IMG/VR virus record: IMGVR_UViG_3300026534_000102
Coordinates: 1 to 64,000 of that record
Source of the DNA: a virus
Direction: 5' to 3' (one strand)
Length of the DNA: 64,000 bases
The translations under genes were made by a program, and so were the position numbers. The notes under the pieces were generated by a model that saw nothing but the letters and a program-made list of their open reading frames with translations, made no database searches and was not told the origin of the DNA. Positions 35,646-46,534 of the stretch are shown piece by piece (positions within the stretch are counted from its first letter, which is position 1; the number at the start of each line of letters is the position of its first letter).

Positions 35646-35648
35646 ATC

Positions 35649-38600
35649 TTAAATCTCCTTTTTACACTTATTGCAAATCAATTTTGTTTTGTATTTCTTA
35701 TCTGGAACAAAAATCATTTCATCATTTCCACAATCACATTCACTTTTCAACCAACAAGGCCCAATTAAAGCATCAGTTTCCATAGGAATTTTGTGGAAGT
35801 AATGTCCAAACCCATCAATTAATGAATTTGCTACAAGTTTACCCACGTCATGTCTTTCTTCATGTTTACACTCTACAACTACTTCATCATGAACTGTTAA
35901 TATCAATTTAGCATCATAAGAGCTTTTTTCTAGTCTGTCAACTAAGTAAATCATAGATTGTTTAATAGTATCTGCATTTGAATTGTGGACTAACACACCA
36001 TTAGCTGTAAAATAATGAATATTATTGCACATTAAATCATAAGTCTTTTCTTTTCCTTTATAACTTATGTGTTTTTTCTTACAAAAATCAAAATTCAAAA
36101 ACCGAGAAAGTAGTTGTTTATTCGGTCCATTAGGAAGTTTATAATAAAATTTTCTCCAACTCACATAAGAACTTTTACCTAACTTAAATCTTCTTAAATG
36201 TGCTTTCTCTGGAAAGGACAATGATGCATAACGATCTTTGTTTTCCCTGAATGTTTTTTCTATAAGTTTTGGTATAAACTCAGGCACAACACCCCCATCA
36301 CCAAACATTGGAATGGAACTTTCTTCGTCAAGAATTTTATCTTTAATTTTTGTAGAAAAACCCACATATTTTTTAAATCTACTATTAAATCTTTTAGGAA
36401 TCTGTATTTTATAAACTCTATCATATATTTTCAAGTTAGAATTTATACCTAACGAAAATAGAAGTTGATGTACTGACTTTGCAAGCTGTTCAGAAGTAGT
36501 AGTAAAACTTGGACCTGATTCTTTAGTCATCTCACCACCTGTTGAAAACAGCCCATTTAACAAGGCCCCTTTATTTTCTATAGTTTCAGTATGAAAATAA
36601 TCAGGAATAGCTTTTTTATGATGAGACACATAATCAAGCCCTATATGTTTTAGAAAGCCACGTATTACTACAGAATTAACTTGTGACCAGGGTAACGGGT
36701 CCCTATTGGCATCATTTTTATGGCGCATCCTTATTTTTGATTTATACCCGAACTGATCGTACACCGCATTATTAAATTTCTCAAATAGCTCTTTTTGATT
36801 TTGTGGACAAACAAAAGCAAAGTGGTTGTGTTTTGTGTAACTACCGTTCCCTATCAGACACCCTATAATAAAAGCCAAATCAGCATTCATTTTAGAAGGT
36901 AAATTATAATTTACATAAGTTTCTCGGCGGTGGCCTTTTTCATACTTAAATCCTGACAAATTAGTAGTTCGGCCTGAAACAATATTTAAAGGAATTATTA
37001 ACAAATCGTCTTCTTCTAAGTCAGCTACCTTTACATCTTCTATATTATAATTGTCACCATATTGCTTGCATATGGGAATTTTATGATCCGATGTAATATC
37101 CAGTGTAGCTCCATTAGATAAAGTAAGTGTGAATACCTCCTTTTCTCCAGAATATACTCCAATAGCATTATCACTGCCTATACCTGTTTCTAAAGAACAC
37201 TGTACATTCTTAAGAGAGCCTATCTTACCCTGCCCTTTAATTATAGTATCGAATGACAAGCAACCTTGAATAGGGGCATTTTTAGCCCTGCGTTCAACAC
37301 TACTTTTTAATCTCCCGAAATCTGGATTGCCATACTCTGGTAAAGTGTAATATCTTTTTCTTCCGCTTATAGATCTGCTAAACCTATTCATGACTGCGTC
37401 TTTAGCAGCTTTTTCTAAATATTTTTTAACTCCTCTGTATCTTTTAAAGTATGTTGTTATCATCTGATCAGCTTTTGCTTCAGATATTTTTAGCCGCCGC
37501 GCGAGACCATATTTAGAAAGTCCATAACAATTATGAACCACAAAACCATTTGCAAGAAAATATGGATGTTCTTCTACAGATATATCATATACTTTCTTTA
37601 ATCCTTTACTTTTTATAGATCTGATTTCCAAAGGAACTATGCCTTTTTCGTAAAGCATCTTAAAAAGAGAATCATATTTAGAAAGCTCTTTTAAATAAAT
37701 ATCTCCGACAGAATCAGAAAATCTGCTTTTATAAAACCTGTCCTTTAATTGTTTACTTATTTCATAATTATGTACTGTGTGGTCTATTCTATCTTTATAT
37801 TTGCCAATAAAATATGAGGAAACATTATAATGCACTTCACTCTTACACTTACAATTTTTTAAATCTGTAACAAACCCAATATATTTAATAAACAATTCAG
37901 AACTATTTTGAGATATAACAGATAAAACATAATATGTATTATTATATCCTTCACGAGATTCCTCTATGATAGAAGACACAATACCTAAGTTTAAAAGCAT
38001 TAATTGTACGTCTTTAACAAGGTTATAAGAAGCACTACTATAGGTTATCTTATAACCAGCCCCATTTAACTTTACAGAACCATCCCCTTCGAATAACCAC
38101 TTTAAAAACTCTGTTTGATAACCTAAAGGTGCCCTTTTAATACAGCCCGGAACACCAACATCAAAAGTTTTATTTTTATTATTTATATCACAAACATTAA
38201 CAAGCCATTCTGCAAACAGTACTGAATTAATAGTATATCTTGTATACGTTCCCTCAGTCTTAGAAATGCGATCCTTAAATAAACGAAACAATAATTTATC
38301 TATTTTTGAAATGAATTCTTTATTTTCATTACTAAACCCAAAGGAAACAGTACTATAATGTTCGCGCCCTTTGGCTTTAAGTATACTTCCCTCAGCCACA
38401 AACAACCCTAAAAAAGCAGCTACATCTTTATTCATTTCATCTGGCAAAGGCATAGGTTTATAATTGGTTCCTTCAACTACTTTAAAATCACCAAATTTTG
38501 GTAACATTTCTGGAAACAAAAAAGAACCTTTTTTAATACAAATCAAGTCTTGTTTTATATCAATTTTATTTAATGGAACATCTACATACTCTCCATTAGC

Positions 38601-40112
38601 ATTTATAACTTTAACTATGTGATCAGAAGTTAACTCAATAGAATAACCGTATTTAGTCTGTATTTCGAAAACTTCCTTTTCTCCCATATATTGTTTATCT
38701 ATTATTTGATTGCTACCAAAATCATGTGCCACTACATCGTTCAAGTTGCTATGTATAATTTTTTTTATTCCACCGTTAGTAATAAGTTGAGTATCTGCAG
38801 TGGTACAAAGACCGAAGTTGATCGCCTTGGCAGCATTTCTCATATCCTTTGTAACTTTATCCATTGAAACATTAAAAACTTCAGATGCAGTTCGAGTATG
38901 TAGATCAATTCCAGTAGCGTAACATTCTATAAACACTGGGTCAGCAGACAAATTACCTAAAATACGTAATTCGGCACCAGACATGTCTGCTGTAATTAAA
39001 GAATTACCTTCTTCTGCTATAAAACATGATCTATATAATTGTTTCTTGGGTATGTTTTGTAAATTAGGACGGGCGCTGCTCATCCTTCCAGTAGAAACCA
39101 TTTGTTTGAAATCAGTATGTAGCCGGTTTGTAACTGAATGAATCTGATTTAACAATGCCTCGCCATAAGTTGAAATTAATTTATTTGCTTTTCTATATTT
39201 TAATAAGGTATCTATAACTGGAATCCCTTGAAATTTAGTTAGTGTGGCTTCATCTGTGCTATCAATGTTTGACAAACCATGATGACTCAATGCTTCTTTT
39301 AATTGGATTGGGCTATCAATATTAACCGAAGGCACACCAAATAAAAACCCTTGATCGGAACCCTTTGAAAGCATCTTAGATATATCAAAATGTAGTTTTT
39401 CCCGTTGCTCAGCAATGTTCTCCATTATAAGGTGCCATTTATCCACATCTATTTTAATTCCATTTAATTCCATTTCACACATAGGCTTAGTAAACTCAAA
39501 TTCAAGTCTGGCAGCATCTGTAAGTCCTTCTTTAACAATTTGACCCCATTGTAGTTCTTTTATGGTTGATAAAACCACCACGTCATTAGCAGCATATTCT
39601 AATTGAAAAGGTTTAAATTTTTGATAGTAGTCCTTAAACGTGTGGGCTGGTTCTTTTGGCATTGTTATGCCTAAATATTTTTTAACTAACTTTGCCAAGG
39701 ATGCACCAGCAAAAACTTTTCCCAAGCCCAGTAATTGTTCAATAAGCATAAGATCCACGATATTATTTATATAAAAACCATGATTAGCTTTTATCAATTT
39801 CATATCAAACACAGCATTTTGCAATAATTTTTGAATATGTGGATTTACTAATAAAGGCTCAAATAATGACAAGTCAACATTACTGAAATCTGTGTCTGAC
39901 CTTACATCAAACACATACACCTTCGTTGGGGTTCCAATTTGAAGTAATGACACCTTAGCATAAAATGGATCCAAATCAGTAGCCTCAGTATCAATAGCAA
40001 TACGATCAAACTTGCTTATCTCACTAAGAGCAGTCCGTGCTTTTTCTTCCGAAACAATGTAATCATACTCCGGTTTCGGCAGATAAATCTCTTTTGTTTC
40101 TACTAAAGACAT
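35649..40112 (-). CDS. polA: family A DNA polymerase (3'-5' exonuclease + polymerase) with two inteins
   Basis: AIDTEAT; TGRMSS.RPNLQNIP; ADMSGAELR; R.AAKAINFGL; NAPIQG|SNAD; TVHDE. Confidence 0.95.
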   Translation of the reverse strand: MSLVETKEIYLPKPEYDYIVSEEKARTALSEISKFDRIAIDTEATDLDPFYAKVSLLQIGTPTKVYVFDVRSDTDFSNVDLSLFEPLLVNPHIQKLLQNAVFDMKLIKANHGFYINNIVDLMLIEQLLGLGKVFAGASLAKLVKKYLGITMPKEPAHTFKDYYQKFKPFQLEYAANDVVVLSTIKELQWGQIVKEGLTDAARLEFEFTKPMCEMELNGIKIDVDKWHLIMENIAEQREKLHFDISKMLSKGSDQGFLFGVPSVNIDSPIQLKEALSHHGLSNIDSTDEATLTKFQGIPVIDTLLKYRKANKLISTYGEALLNQIHSVTNRLHTDFKQMVSTGRMSSARPNLQNIPKKQLYRSCFIAEEGNSLITADMSGAELRILGNLSADPVFIECYATGIDLHTRTASEVFNVSMDKVTKDMRNAAKAINFGLCTTADTQLITNGGIKKIIHSNLNDVVAHDFGSNQIIDKQYMGEKEVFEIQTKYGYSIELTSDHIVKVINANGEYVDVPLNKIDIKQDLICIKKGSFLFPEMLPKFGDFKVVEGTNYKPMPLPDEMNKDVAAFLGLFVAEGSILKAKGREHYSTVSFGFSNENKEFISKIDKLLFRLFKDRISKTEGTYTRYTINSVLFAEWLVNVCDINNKNKTFDVGVPGCIKRAPLGYQTEFLKWLFEGDGSVKLNGAGYKITYSSASYNLVKDVQLMLLNLGIVSSIIEESREGYNNTYYVLSVISQNSSELFIKYIGFVTDLKNCKCKSEVHYNVSSYFIGKYKDRIDHTVHNYEISKQLKDRFYKSRFSDSVGDIYLKELSKYDSLFKMLYEKGIVPLEIRSIKSKGLKKVYDISVEEHPYFLANGFVVHNCYGLSKYGLARRLKISEAKADQMITTYFKRYRGVKKYLEKAAKDAVMNRFSRSISGRKRYYTLPEYGNPDFGRLKSSVERRAKNAPIQGCLSFDTIIKGQGKIGSLKNVQCSLETGIGSDNAIGVYSGEKEVFTLTLSNGATLDITSDHKIPICKQYGDNYNIEDVKVADLEEDDLLIIPLNIVSGRTTNLSGFKYEKGHRRETYVNYNLPSKMNADLAFIIGCLIGNGSYTKHNHFAFVCPQNQKELFEKFNNAVYDQFGYKSKIRMRHKNDANRDPLPWSQVNSVVIRGFLKHIGLDYVSHHKKAIPDYFHTETIENKGALLNGLFSTGGEMTKESGPSFTTTSEQLAKSVHQLLFSLGINSNLKIYDRVYKIQIPKRFNSRFKKYVGFSTKIKDKILDEESSIPMFGDGGVVPEFIPKLIEKTFRENKDRYASLSFPEKAHLRRFKLGKSSYVSWRKFYYKLPNGPNKQLLSRFLNFDFCKKKHISYKGKEKTYDLMCNNIHYFTANGVLVHNSNADTIKQSMIYLVDRLEKSSYDAKLILTVHDEVVVECKHEERHDVGKLVANSLIDGFGHYFHKIPMETDALIGPCWLKSECDCGNDEMIFVPDKKYKTKLICNKCKKEI
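35982..37262 (-). mobile_element. intein 2 in the polymerase (427 aa, degenerate LAGLIDADG)
   Basis: PIQG|CLSFDT...LVHN|SNAD. Confidence 0.93.
37530..38807 (-). mobile_element. intein 1 in the polymerase (426 aa, LAGLIDADG)
   Basis: INFGL|CTTADT...VVHN|CYG; LGLFVAEG and LKWLFEGDG. Confidence 0.93.
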
Positions 40113-40115
40113 AAA

Positions 40116-41201
40116 TCACCTATTATATTTCTTAACTACAGAAACAATCTTATACATAATATTTATTAACAACGTGTCAGCTAATTTTCCTGTATCAGGA
40201 GAAAGATAGGAGGAAAGCAAAGTTAAAATTTCGCTGAACTTATCACCCTCTTTTACTGTTCTGGCGCCCTTTAGACATGCTAAAAAATAAAAAGCTACTG
40301 CTATTCTGACATTGTCTGCACCTTTTGTTTTTACTTTATCATAAAGTGATATTGCTTCCTTAAACTTGGCTTTATTTAAAGATCTACAAATCTCTATTAT
40401 CTGTGGATCTACTTCTTCAACTAATGTTCCAATAATTTTTTTTGCCACATCTAATTCCCAGCTACCATCGTCAATCACTTGTCGTAACCATTTAAGGGCT
40501 TTTCTGGGAATACCAGCTGCTTCGTCAGCTAAGTAAGTTATAACCTCTTTTTTATATTCAACCCCTTCCCACACACAAACTTCGCTTAATAATTGAAAAA
40601 TGTCTTCTGACGCAATTGGACCAAAATGCATTGTATAGCATCTATCAAGAAAAGCTTCCCCATCCTTTTTATTTTTACGAGTTTTAAGCTTTTCTGGATG
40701 ATTTGTACAAAAAATATAGTACACATGCTCATATCCATCTTCTATAGGTTTTAATAATAAATCTTGCGCAGCATCAGTAAGTTTATGAGCTTCATCAAAA
40801 ATCAAAACTTTATACCGTGTATTAAACGGTGCGGATGGTAAATCTGACACAATCTTATCGACATCTCCCTTGCCACCTGTCTGACCTACATTTATTTCCA
40901 ATACATCCACACTATTATAATCAATAACGGATTTACATGAAGGACATTTTAAACATGGGGTTGAAGTAGGCCCATTAAAGGACTCACAATTTAATCCTGT
41001 AGCAATAATTCTAGCCATCGTGGTTTTCCCACACCCAGCAGGACCAGTAAATAACAGAGTATGCGGCAAAGTTCCAGTGTCCAATCCTTTTTTTATAATC
41101 CTTTTATTAGAGACGTTTCCCAGAAGGTGTTCTAATTTATAAGGTCTATAAACTACATGTAAATCTCTGGAACCAGTAGCACTTTCATATTTAAAAATCA
41201 T
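40116..41201 (-). CDS. dnaX: clamp-loader ATPase, DNA pol III gamma/tau-like
   Basis: YRP, GPAGCGKTT.AR, C..C..C, IFDEAH.L...AQ..LLK..E. Confidence 0.9.
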   Translation of the reverse strand: MIFKYESATGSRDLHVVYRPYKLEHLLGNVSNKRIIKKGLDTGTLPHTLLFTGPAGCGKTTMARIIATGLNCESFNGPTSTPCLKCPSCKSVIDYNSVDVLEINVGQTGGKGDVDKIVSDLPSAPFNTRYKVLIFDEAHKLTDAAQDLLLKPIEDGYEHVYYIFCTNHPEKLKTRKNKKDGEAFLDRCYTMHFGPIASEDIFQLLSEVCVWEGVEYKKEVITYLADEAAGIPRKALKWLRQVIDDGSWELDVAKKIIGTLVEEVDPQIIEICRSLNKAKFKEAISLYDKVKTKGADNVRIAVAFYFLACLKGARTVKEGDKFSEILTLLSSYLSPDTGKLADTLLINIMYKIVSVVKKYNR

Positions 41202-41219
41202 TTGTGTGTATTAAACTCC

Positions 41220-42815
41220 TTATTTTATTTTGTAGTACACCACATCTTCATTCAATCTATCTGCTCTATTTTCACCAATAATAACTGCACCATTATTTGT
41301 CGCCAAAAAAACAGTATTCCCACTGGTAGAAGTTCTTTCCGTAATAAAAAAATCATTTATTTGGACTTCTTTAGGAAATATCTTGTCAATGCCTCTATAT
41401 ACATAATCTAAACTATCTTCTGTCCAATCTGAACTATTATCGTAGAGTACGTTTAAATTATTATAATACAGAAGCTGCTCTTTGTCAATACTACTAACAT
41501 GAATATTACTAGAATCATAAGTTCTTACCCGAATCCAATATAAATCAATATAAAAATTAGAGTCTGTTGACTCGCCGGCGAATAATTTTAATCTTCTTTC
41601 TGCTTTATTATTAGTTTCACCTATCCACACATCATTAATATACAACACATCGTTTTTTTCCACCCACATCTCTATTTTATTTTGAGAAATAGTAGTTGTA
41701 AACAAATATTTAGCAGTATCAGAAAAATTATTGTTAGTAGCTTTTCTATAAGCTACTTCATTAAACAAAACTTCTCTAGCAATACTATTCCCTTTATACC
41801 ACTGTATCCCTTCTTCATAAGGAACTATTGTATTTACATAATTAATTCTATCAGTAGTCCCATGATTTTTATATAAATATTGTTCTATAATTAGTGGAAA
41901 ATTCACAGTACCGCTACTCAATAAATAATCACCAGTAGTAGCTTTGTATCTTAAAGCACCATTTACTATTGAAAAAGAAGATGGATCACCAACAACAGTC
42001 CATTTATTAGTGTCTAAAGTTGTAGAATTAAAATCATCGTATAAAACAAAAACCTCATCAGGGTCACTTTCAGAAACCGTTAAATTCTCATCCCCATATA
42101 ACATATAGACATAAGAAGATCCGAAAGGCGGTTTTATCCAAATAACAGAACCTGTTGGTGACCATTTTTCTATGAAATAAGGAACTTTATTTCCCGCGGA
42201 ATCAAAAAATCTAATATCATACCCATACGTATGTGCGTGTGAATAATCAAAAGTAATAGAATTAAATTCAACTTTAATTTGATAATCATCTTTAGATACA
42301 GGACCAGAAAAATTTATTTTTTGAAAGTACTTTCCATTGTAGACCAAATTATGCTGTGTATGTTTTGTGGTGTAATACAATTCTCCCAGAGAGGTCTGAT
42401 AACATTTTTCAAATGCACAAAATAAACCACCACTTATAGAGGTTTTTATATGTGTGCCTGATGAAAATTTAATTTGGTCTACACCAGATACAGTGGTGGC
42501 ACACAAATAATCACCATTACCATGAATGTAATTTATACCATTGTTTGTAATATCTGGAAATTGTTTATAATAACTTAAATCATTAAATATACCACCAGAA
42601 ATAGAAGTTAGTGGGTGTTTTAATATACCTGATACTGTTGTACCGATATATAAAAATTCATTATTTGCCCAAACAGAAGAGGCCTTATCTTCTACTAAAA
42701 TAATCCCTTTAAAATTAGCATTAACATCGTAAACATTAACACCTGACACTACACAATGAAAAATATAGTCATCAGAAACCCATATGTTTCTATATTGTGG
42801 CTCAAGGACGCCCAT
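41220..42815 (-). CDS. DUF2341-like putative virion protein
   Basis: DIRFFD..G..VPYFIE.W....IWIK....YMLYG...F..YDDF...LD.NKW. Confidence 0.7.
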   Translation of the reverse strand: MGVLEPQYRNIWVSDDYIFHCVVSGVNVYDVNANFKGIILVEDKASSVWANNEFLYIGTTVSGILKHPLTSISGGIFNDLSYYKQFPDITNNGINYIHGNGDYLCATTVSGVDQIKFSSGTHIKTSISGGLFCAFEKCYQTSLGELYYTTKHTQHNLVYNGKYFQKINFSGPVSKDDYQIKVEFNSITFDYSHAHTYGYDIRFFDSAGNKVPYFIEKWSPTGSVIWIKPPFGSSYVYMLYGDENLTVSESDPDEVFVLYDDFNSTTLDTNKWTVVGDPSSFSIVNGALRYKATTGDYLLSSGTVNFPLIIEQYLYKNHGTTDRINYVNTIVPYEEGIQWYKGNSIAREVLFNEVAYRKATNNNFSDTAKYLFTTTISQNKIEMWVEKNDVLYINDVWIGETNNKAERRLKLFAGESTDSNFYIDLYWIRVRTYDSSNIHVSSIDKEQLLYYNNLNVLYDNSSDWTEDSLDYVYRGIDKIFPKEVQINDFFITERTSTSGNTVFLATNNGAVIIGENRADRLNEDVVYYKIK

Positions 42816-42818
42816 AAT

Positions 42819-43310
42819 CTACTCCATAATTTTGTTTCTAAGAATTTCATACACTTCACATAATACTCCATCACCACCATTAGATTTAAGAACAATGTCG
42901 GATAATGCTTTTATTTCGTATATAGCATCAGCTGGGCAAATTGAAATCTGTGCCATCTTAAATAAAGAGATATCTGAAAAACTACTACCTATATATAAAA
43001 CATTTTCTAATGTTACATTATATCTTCTAAGGGCAGCCAAAAATGCTTCTTTTTTTCCTTGCTCCGACCAAAAAAATGGTATATTTTTTCGGCGGCATAA
43101 GTGATAATTTATTCTATTATCAGACGATACGAAAATAAACTTATATCCACGTTTTTTTATCTCATTAATAGCTTCGAAGTCTTTAAAGTTATATGTCTTA
43201 AAAAGAGTATTTCCTAACTCATCAATAGGTGATGAGTGATTAGTTAAAATACCATCTATTTCACTTACGCAAATCTTAATATTATTCAACATGATTTGAT
43301 TATTTCCCAT
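42819..43310 (-). CDS. KdsC/CMAS C-terminal-like HAD protein (first Asp replaced by Glu)
   Basis: EIDGILT, K.YNFKD, YIG...SD, P.DA, GGDG..CE. Confidence 0.8.
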   Translation of the reverse strand: MGNNQIMLNNIKICVSEIDGILTNHSSPIDELGNTLFKTYNFKDFEAINEIKKRGYKFIFVSSDNRINYHLCRRKNIPFFWSEQGKKEAFLAALRRYNVTLENVLYIGSSFSDISLFKMAQISICPADAIYEIKALSDIVLKSNGGDGVLCEVYEILRNKIME

Positions 43311-44427
43311 TTAAAAAATTATCCAATAACACTGTGATAAACCTGACTTTTTCTCCAGAAAGATTAGGGTGCATTGGTAAAGACAGTAAAGTTTTACTTA
43401 ACTCCTCAGCAACTGGAAACACCTGTTTATTATATTCTTTATAAGCAGTTTGTTTATGACACGGAATAGGATAATGCAAAGCAGCTTCTACCCCATTAGA
43501 TTTTAAATACCTTTGAAGACTATCTCTAATGTTTCTAGACTTACACTTTACTTCATACAAATGGTATACATTACTTACTTTAAATTTAGATCTAACTGTA
43601 TGTTGTCTATCTAAATTTTTAATATTATCTATGCCAGTATTATACAACGTAGCAAAAAATGTTCTGAAAAAATTCCAAGTAGATATCTCATTTAGACAAT
43701 AATACAAAAATAAAGCATTAATAGAGTCTAGTCTTGAATTAAAACCTACGTATTGATATTCATAGTGGGAATCTTTAACTCGGCCAACGTTTGCTAAGCT
43801 CTCTATTTTATCTGCGAGTTCTTTACTGTCAGTAATTATTGCCCCACCTTGTCCTAAACCACCTAGATTTTTCGTTGGGTAAAAAGAAAATGCACCAATA
43901 TCTCCAAAAGTTCCAACTTTTTGATTATTATAAACAGCACCAATAGCTTGAGCACAATCTTCTATAACTTTTAAGTTATATTTATTAGCAATCTCTAATA
44001 CTTTTTTCATATCTACTGGATTACCATATAAATGTACAGGAATAATTGCTTTAGTTTTATCAGTAATAGCTTCTTCTATTTTTTCACAATCTATATTATA
44101 AGTTTTAGGGTCAGCATCTACAAAAACAACTTTTGCGCGCGCGTGGGAAACAGCAAAAGCTGTAGCAATAAAAGTATTAGCAGGAACAATTACTTCGTCT
44201 CCTGGACCAATATCTAATGCAAGTAAAGATAATAAAAGAGCATCTGTTCCAGAACCAACTCCAACGCAATAATTAACATCATGAAATTCAGCAAACGCCT
44301 TTTGAAACGTATCAACCCAATAACCACCTACGAACGTACCTCGTTCTATACACGTATATATATCAGAAATAATTAATGGTGCTATATTTTCATATTGTTT
44401 TTTCAGATCTACAAACGGTATTGTCAT
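43300..44427 (-). CDS. DegT/DnrJ/EryC1/StrS sugar aminotransferase
   Basis: SGTDAL, PVHLYG, EDCAQA.GA, FSFYPTKNLG. Confidence 0.95.
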   Translation of the reverse strand: MTIPFVDLKKQYENIAPLIISDIYTCIERGTFVGGYWVDTFQKAFAEFHDVNYCVGVGSGTDALLLSLLALDIGPGDEVIVPANTFIATAFAVSHARAKVVFVDADPKTYNIDCEKIEEAITDKTKAIIPVHLYGNPVDMKKVLEIANKYNLKVIEDCAQAIGAVYNNQKVGTFGDIGAFSFYPTKNLGGLGQGGAIITDSKELADKIESLANVGRVKDSHYEYQYVGFNSRLDSINALFLYYCLNEISTWNFFRTFFATLYNTGIDNIKNLDRQHTVRSKFKVSNVYHLYEVKCKSRNIRDSLQRYLKSNGVEAALHYPIPCHKQTAYKEYNKQVFPVAEELSKTLLSLPMHPNLSGEKVRFITVLLDNFLNGK

Positions 44428-44930
44428 TTATTACTTCCTTTCTTTTTTACTAACTTCACGGGAGTTCCGACATAAATACCTGGTTCAACTATATCATCTT
44501 TAACAAAAGAATTAGCACCAACTATGACATCATCACAAATTTTTGCTGAAGCAGAAATTTTAGTGCCCGCGCCAATAAAACAATTCTTTCCTATAATAGC
44601 CCCTATCTTTTTCTCTCTATCAGATTCGGCACCCAAAGTAATTACATTTGGACCTATAAAAGTGTTATTTCTTATCATAGCATAATCAGTTACAATAGTA
44701 CCATATTTGATAATAACATTATCTTCTATAACAGCATGGCTGCCTATTCTTATCCTACCTTGTATCAAACAACCATTTCCTATCATTACACCTGGTTCTA
44801 ACTCGCAATAACTACCCACACGAGTTCCTCTGCCAATAAAAACATCTTTCCAAATATGATTAAAATGACCGATCGAAACACCATTATCAATGCGATCTGA
44901 TTCTATAACGTTAAACTGTCCTATTTGCAT
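44424..44930 (-). CDS. hexapeptide-repeat acyltransferase
   Basis: left-handed beta-helix repeats; FIGPNV; YVGTPVK. Confidence 0.88.
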   Translation of the reverse strand: MQIGQFNVIESDRIDNGVSIGHFNHIWKDVFIGRGTRVGSYCELEPGVMIGNGCLIQGRIRIGSHAVIEDNVIIKYGTIVTDYAMIRNNTFIGPNVITLGAESDREKKIGAIIGKNCFIGAGTKISASAKICDDVIVGANSFVKDDIVEPGIYVGTPVKLVKKKGSNK

Positions 44931-45574
44931 CTGGTTTCCTCCACAGTTATATTTCTAACAACTTTAGCCGGCACACCCATGGCCAACACTCCCGCGGGAA
45001 TATCTTTGGACACTACAGCGCTTGCTGCTATGATAGAGTCAGCCCCTATAGTTACTCCAGGTAATACACTAACATTCATTCCAAGAGTCGCCCAATCCTG
45101 TATTTTTGGGCCAGTAAATGCAAAACCATCACCAGCATCATCTCGACCCATGCTATTATCATTGCCCATCATAACTCCTGGACCTATAAACACATTATTA
45201 CCTAAAACAGCATCACTAGATACATTTGTGAGATCCATTACTCTAGTATTACAACCTATAATTGTACGTGCACCTACTTTACAACTTATGCCAATTATGC
45301 TTCCATCTCCAATAGAAACGCCTTCTCTTATATAAACACCGTCACCTATTAAACAATCTTTGCCAATACTCACATTATTATATATAACGGAATTAGCTCC
45401 AATTATTGTGCCATCTCCAATATAGACAGGCAAAGATGCTAACTTAGAATAATCAATTTCGGTCCTCCCTTTGGGAGCCATTGGAGGACGTCCTAATACT
45501 ACATTGGGAAATATAGTAACGTTCTTCCCTATTTGTACATCACCAAAACTAATTAAATTGTTTGAATAAGTCAT
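44921..45574 (-). CDS. hexapeptide-repeat sugar N-acetyltransferase (WbpD-like)
   Basis: VFIGPGV...ND, LPGVTIG, GVPAK. Confidence 0.88.
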   Translation of the reverse strand: MTYSNNLISFGDVQIGKNVTIFPNVVLGRPPMAPKGRTEIDYSKLASLPVYIGDGTIIGANSVIYNNVSIGKDCLIGDGVYIREGVSIGDGSIIGISCKVGARTIIGCNTRVMDLTNVSSDAVLGNNVFIGPGVMMGNDNSMGRDDAGDGFAFTGPKIQDWATLGMNVSVLPGVTIGADSIIAASAVVSKDIPAGVLAMGVPAKVVRNITVEETRCK

Positions 45575-46532
45575 ATTCTATTTCAGTCCTATCTAATTTT
45601 TTATATAATTCCCTATGTTGGTTTGCCACACTTTCATTGTATTTCACAATAACATCAAAAAAAGATTTAATTTCGGGCAATGGCGCATCTGGAACTTCTC
45701 CTAAAACCCATTCTTTTCTAACTCTTGTCAATTTTAAAAATTGTTCATGCGCTAGTTTATATCCATTATAACCATTCCATTGAGAGGGGTGTGGTGGGTT
45801 CTTTATACTTGGCATCCCAATCGCCTGCCCATCTAAATTTAAACTATATCTAAACTGTCTATTTAATTTATTAGCTATTTTTTTGTGTGAGCTCATACCA
45901 TGATGTAAAACAACTAAAGGAAGTGGCTGCTTATCAGAAACAAAATTTATACTTGCAACTTTCATAGAACCATTGAACCTATTAGGCCTATGGGCTCCTT
46001 GATGTGCTACACTAACTCTGTACGGACCTACAAACTCCCACCCACTGTTATGCTTCCAACAGGAATTTGAGACACTTGTGATAACAGCATTGCCCCAAAT
46101 ACCATCTGATCTAAACCACCACTTAGAACGCCATAAATTAACTATAGGAAAACAAATCATATTTATATCTTTATCCATATAATATTCCAATCGTTCTCTA
46201 AATAAACTCTTACCATTTATGGCATAAAATGCTTTCGAATATGTCTGATCCATCGCACGCATTTCGATCCAATCAGGCTCAAACGTGGCACAGTACTTCG
46301 CTAACACCATCCATCTATTAAGTGAATAATTTTTTATACTATTTTTTTCATTTCTAAAGACATGTATGTGAGAGTATTTTTTTTCATACTGTAAAAGCTC
46401 TTCATAACCACCATCAGTACTACCATCATCTAAAAATACAATATGATCATGGTCTGTTAAAAGCAGATCATCAATTCGCTGCTTTATATAATCTATTTCA
46501 TTAAAACAAGGAATTCCAACAACAATTTTCAT
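45549..46532 (-). CDS. glycosyltransferase family 2
   Basis: IPCFNE, FLDDGSTDG. Confidence 0.8.
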   Translation of the reverse strand: MKIVVGIPCFNEIDYIKQRIDDLLLTDHDHIVFLDDGSTDGGYEELLQYEKKYSHIHVFRNEKNSIKNYSLNRWMVLAKYCATFEPDWIEMRAMDQTYSKAFYAINGKSLFRERLEYYMDKDINMICFPIVNLWRSKWWFRSDGIWGNAVITSVSNSCWKHNSGWEFVGPYRVSVAHQGAHRPNRFNGSMKVASINFVSDKQPLPLVVLHHGMSSHKKIANKLNRQFRYSLNLDGQAIGMPSIKNPPHPSQWNGYNGYKLAHEQFLKLTRVRKEWVLGEVPDAPLPEIKSFFDVIVKYNESVANQHRELYKKLDRTEIEYDLFKQFN

Positions 46533-46534
46533 AT

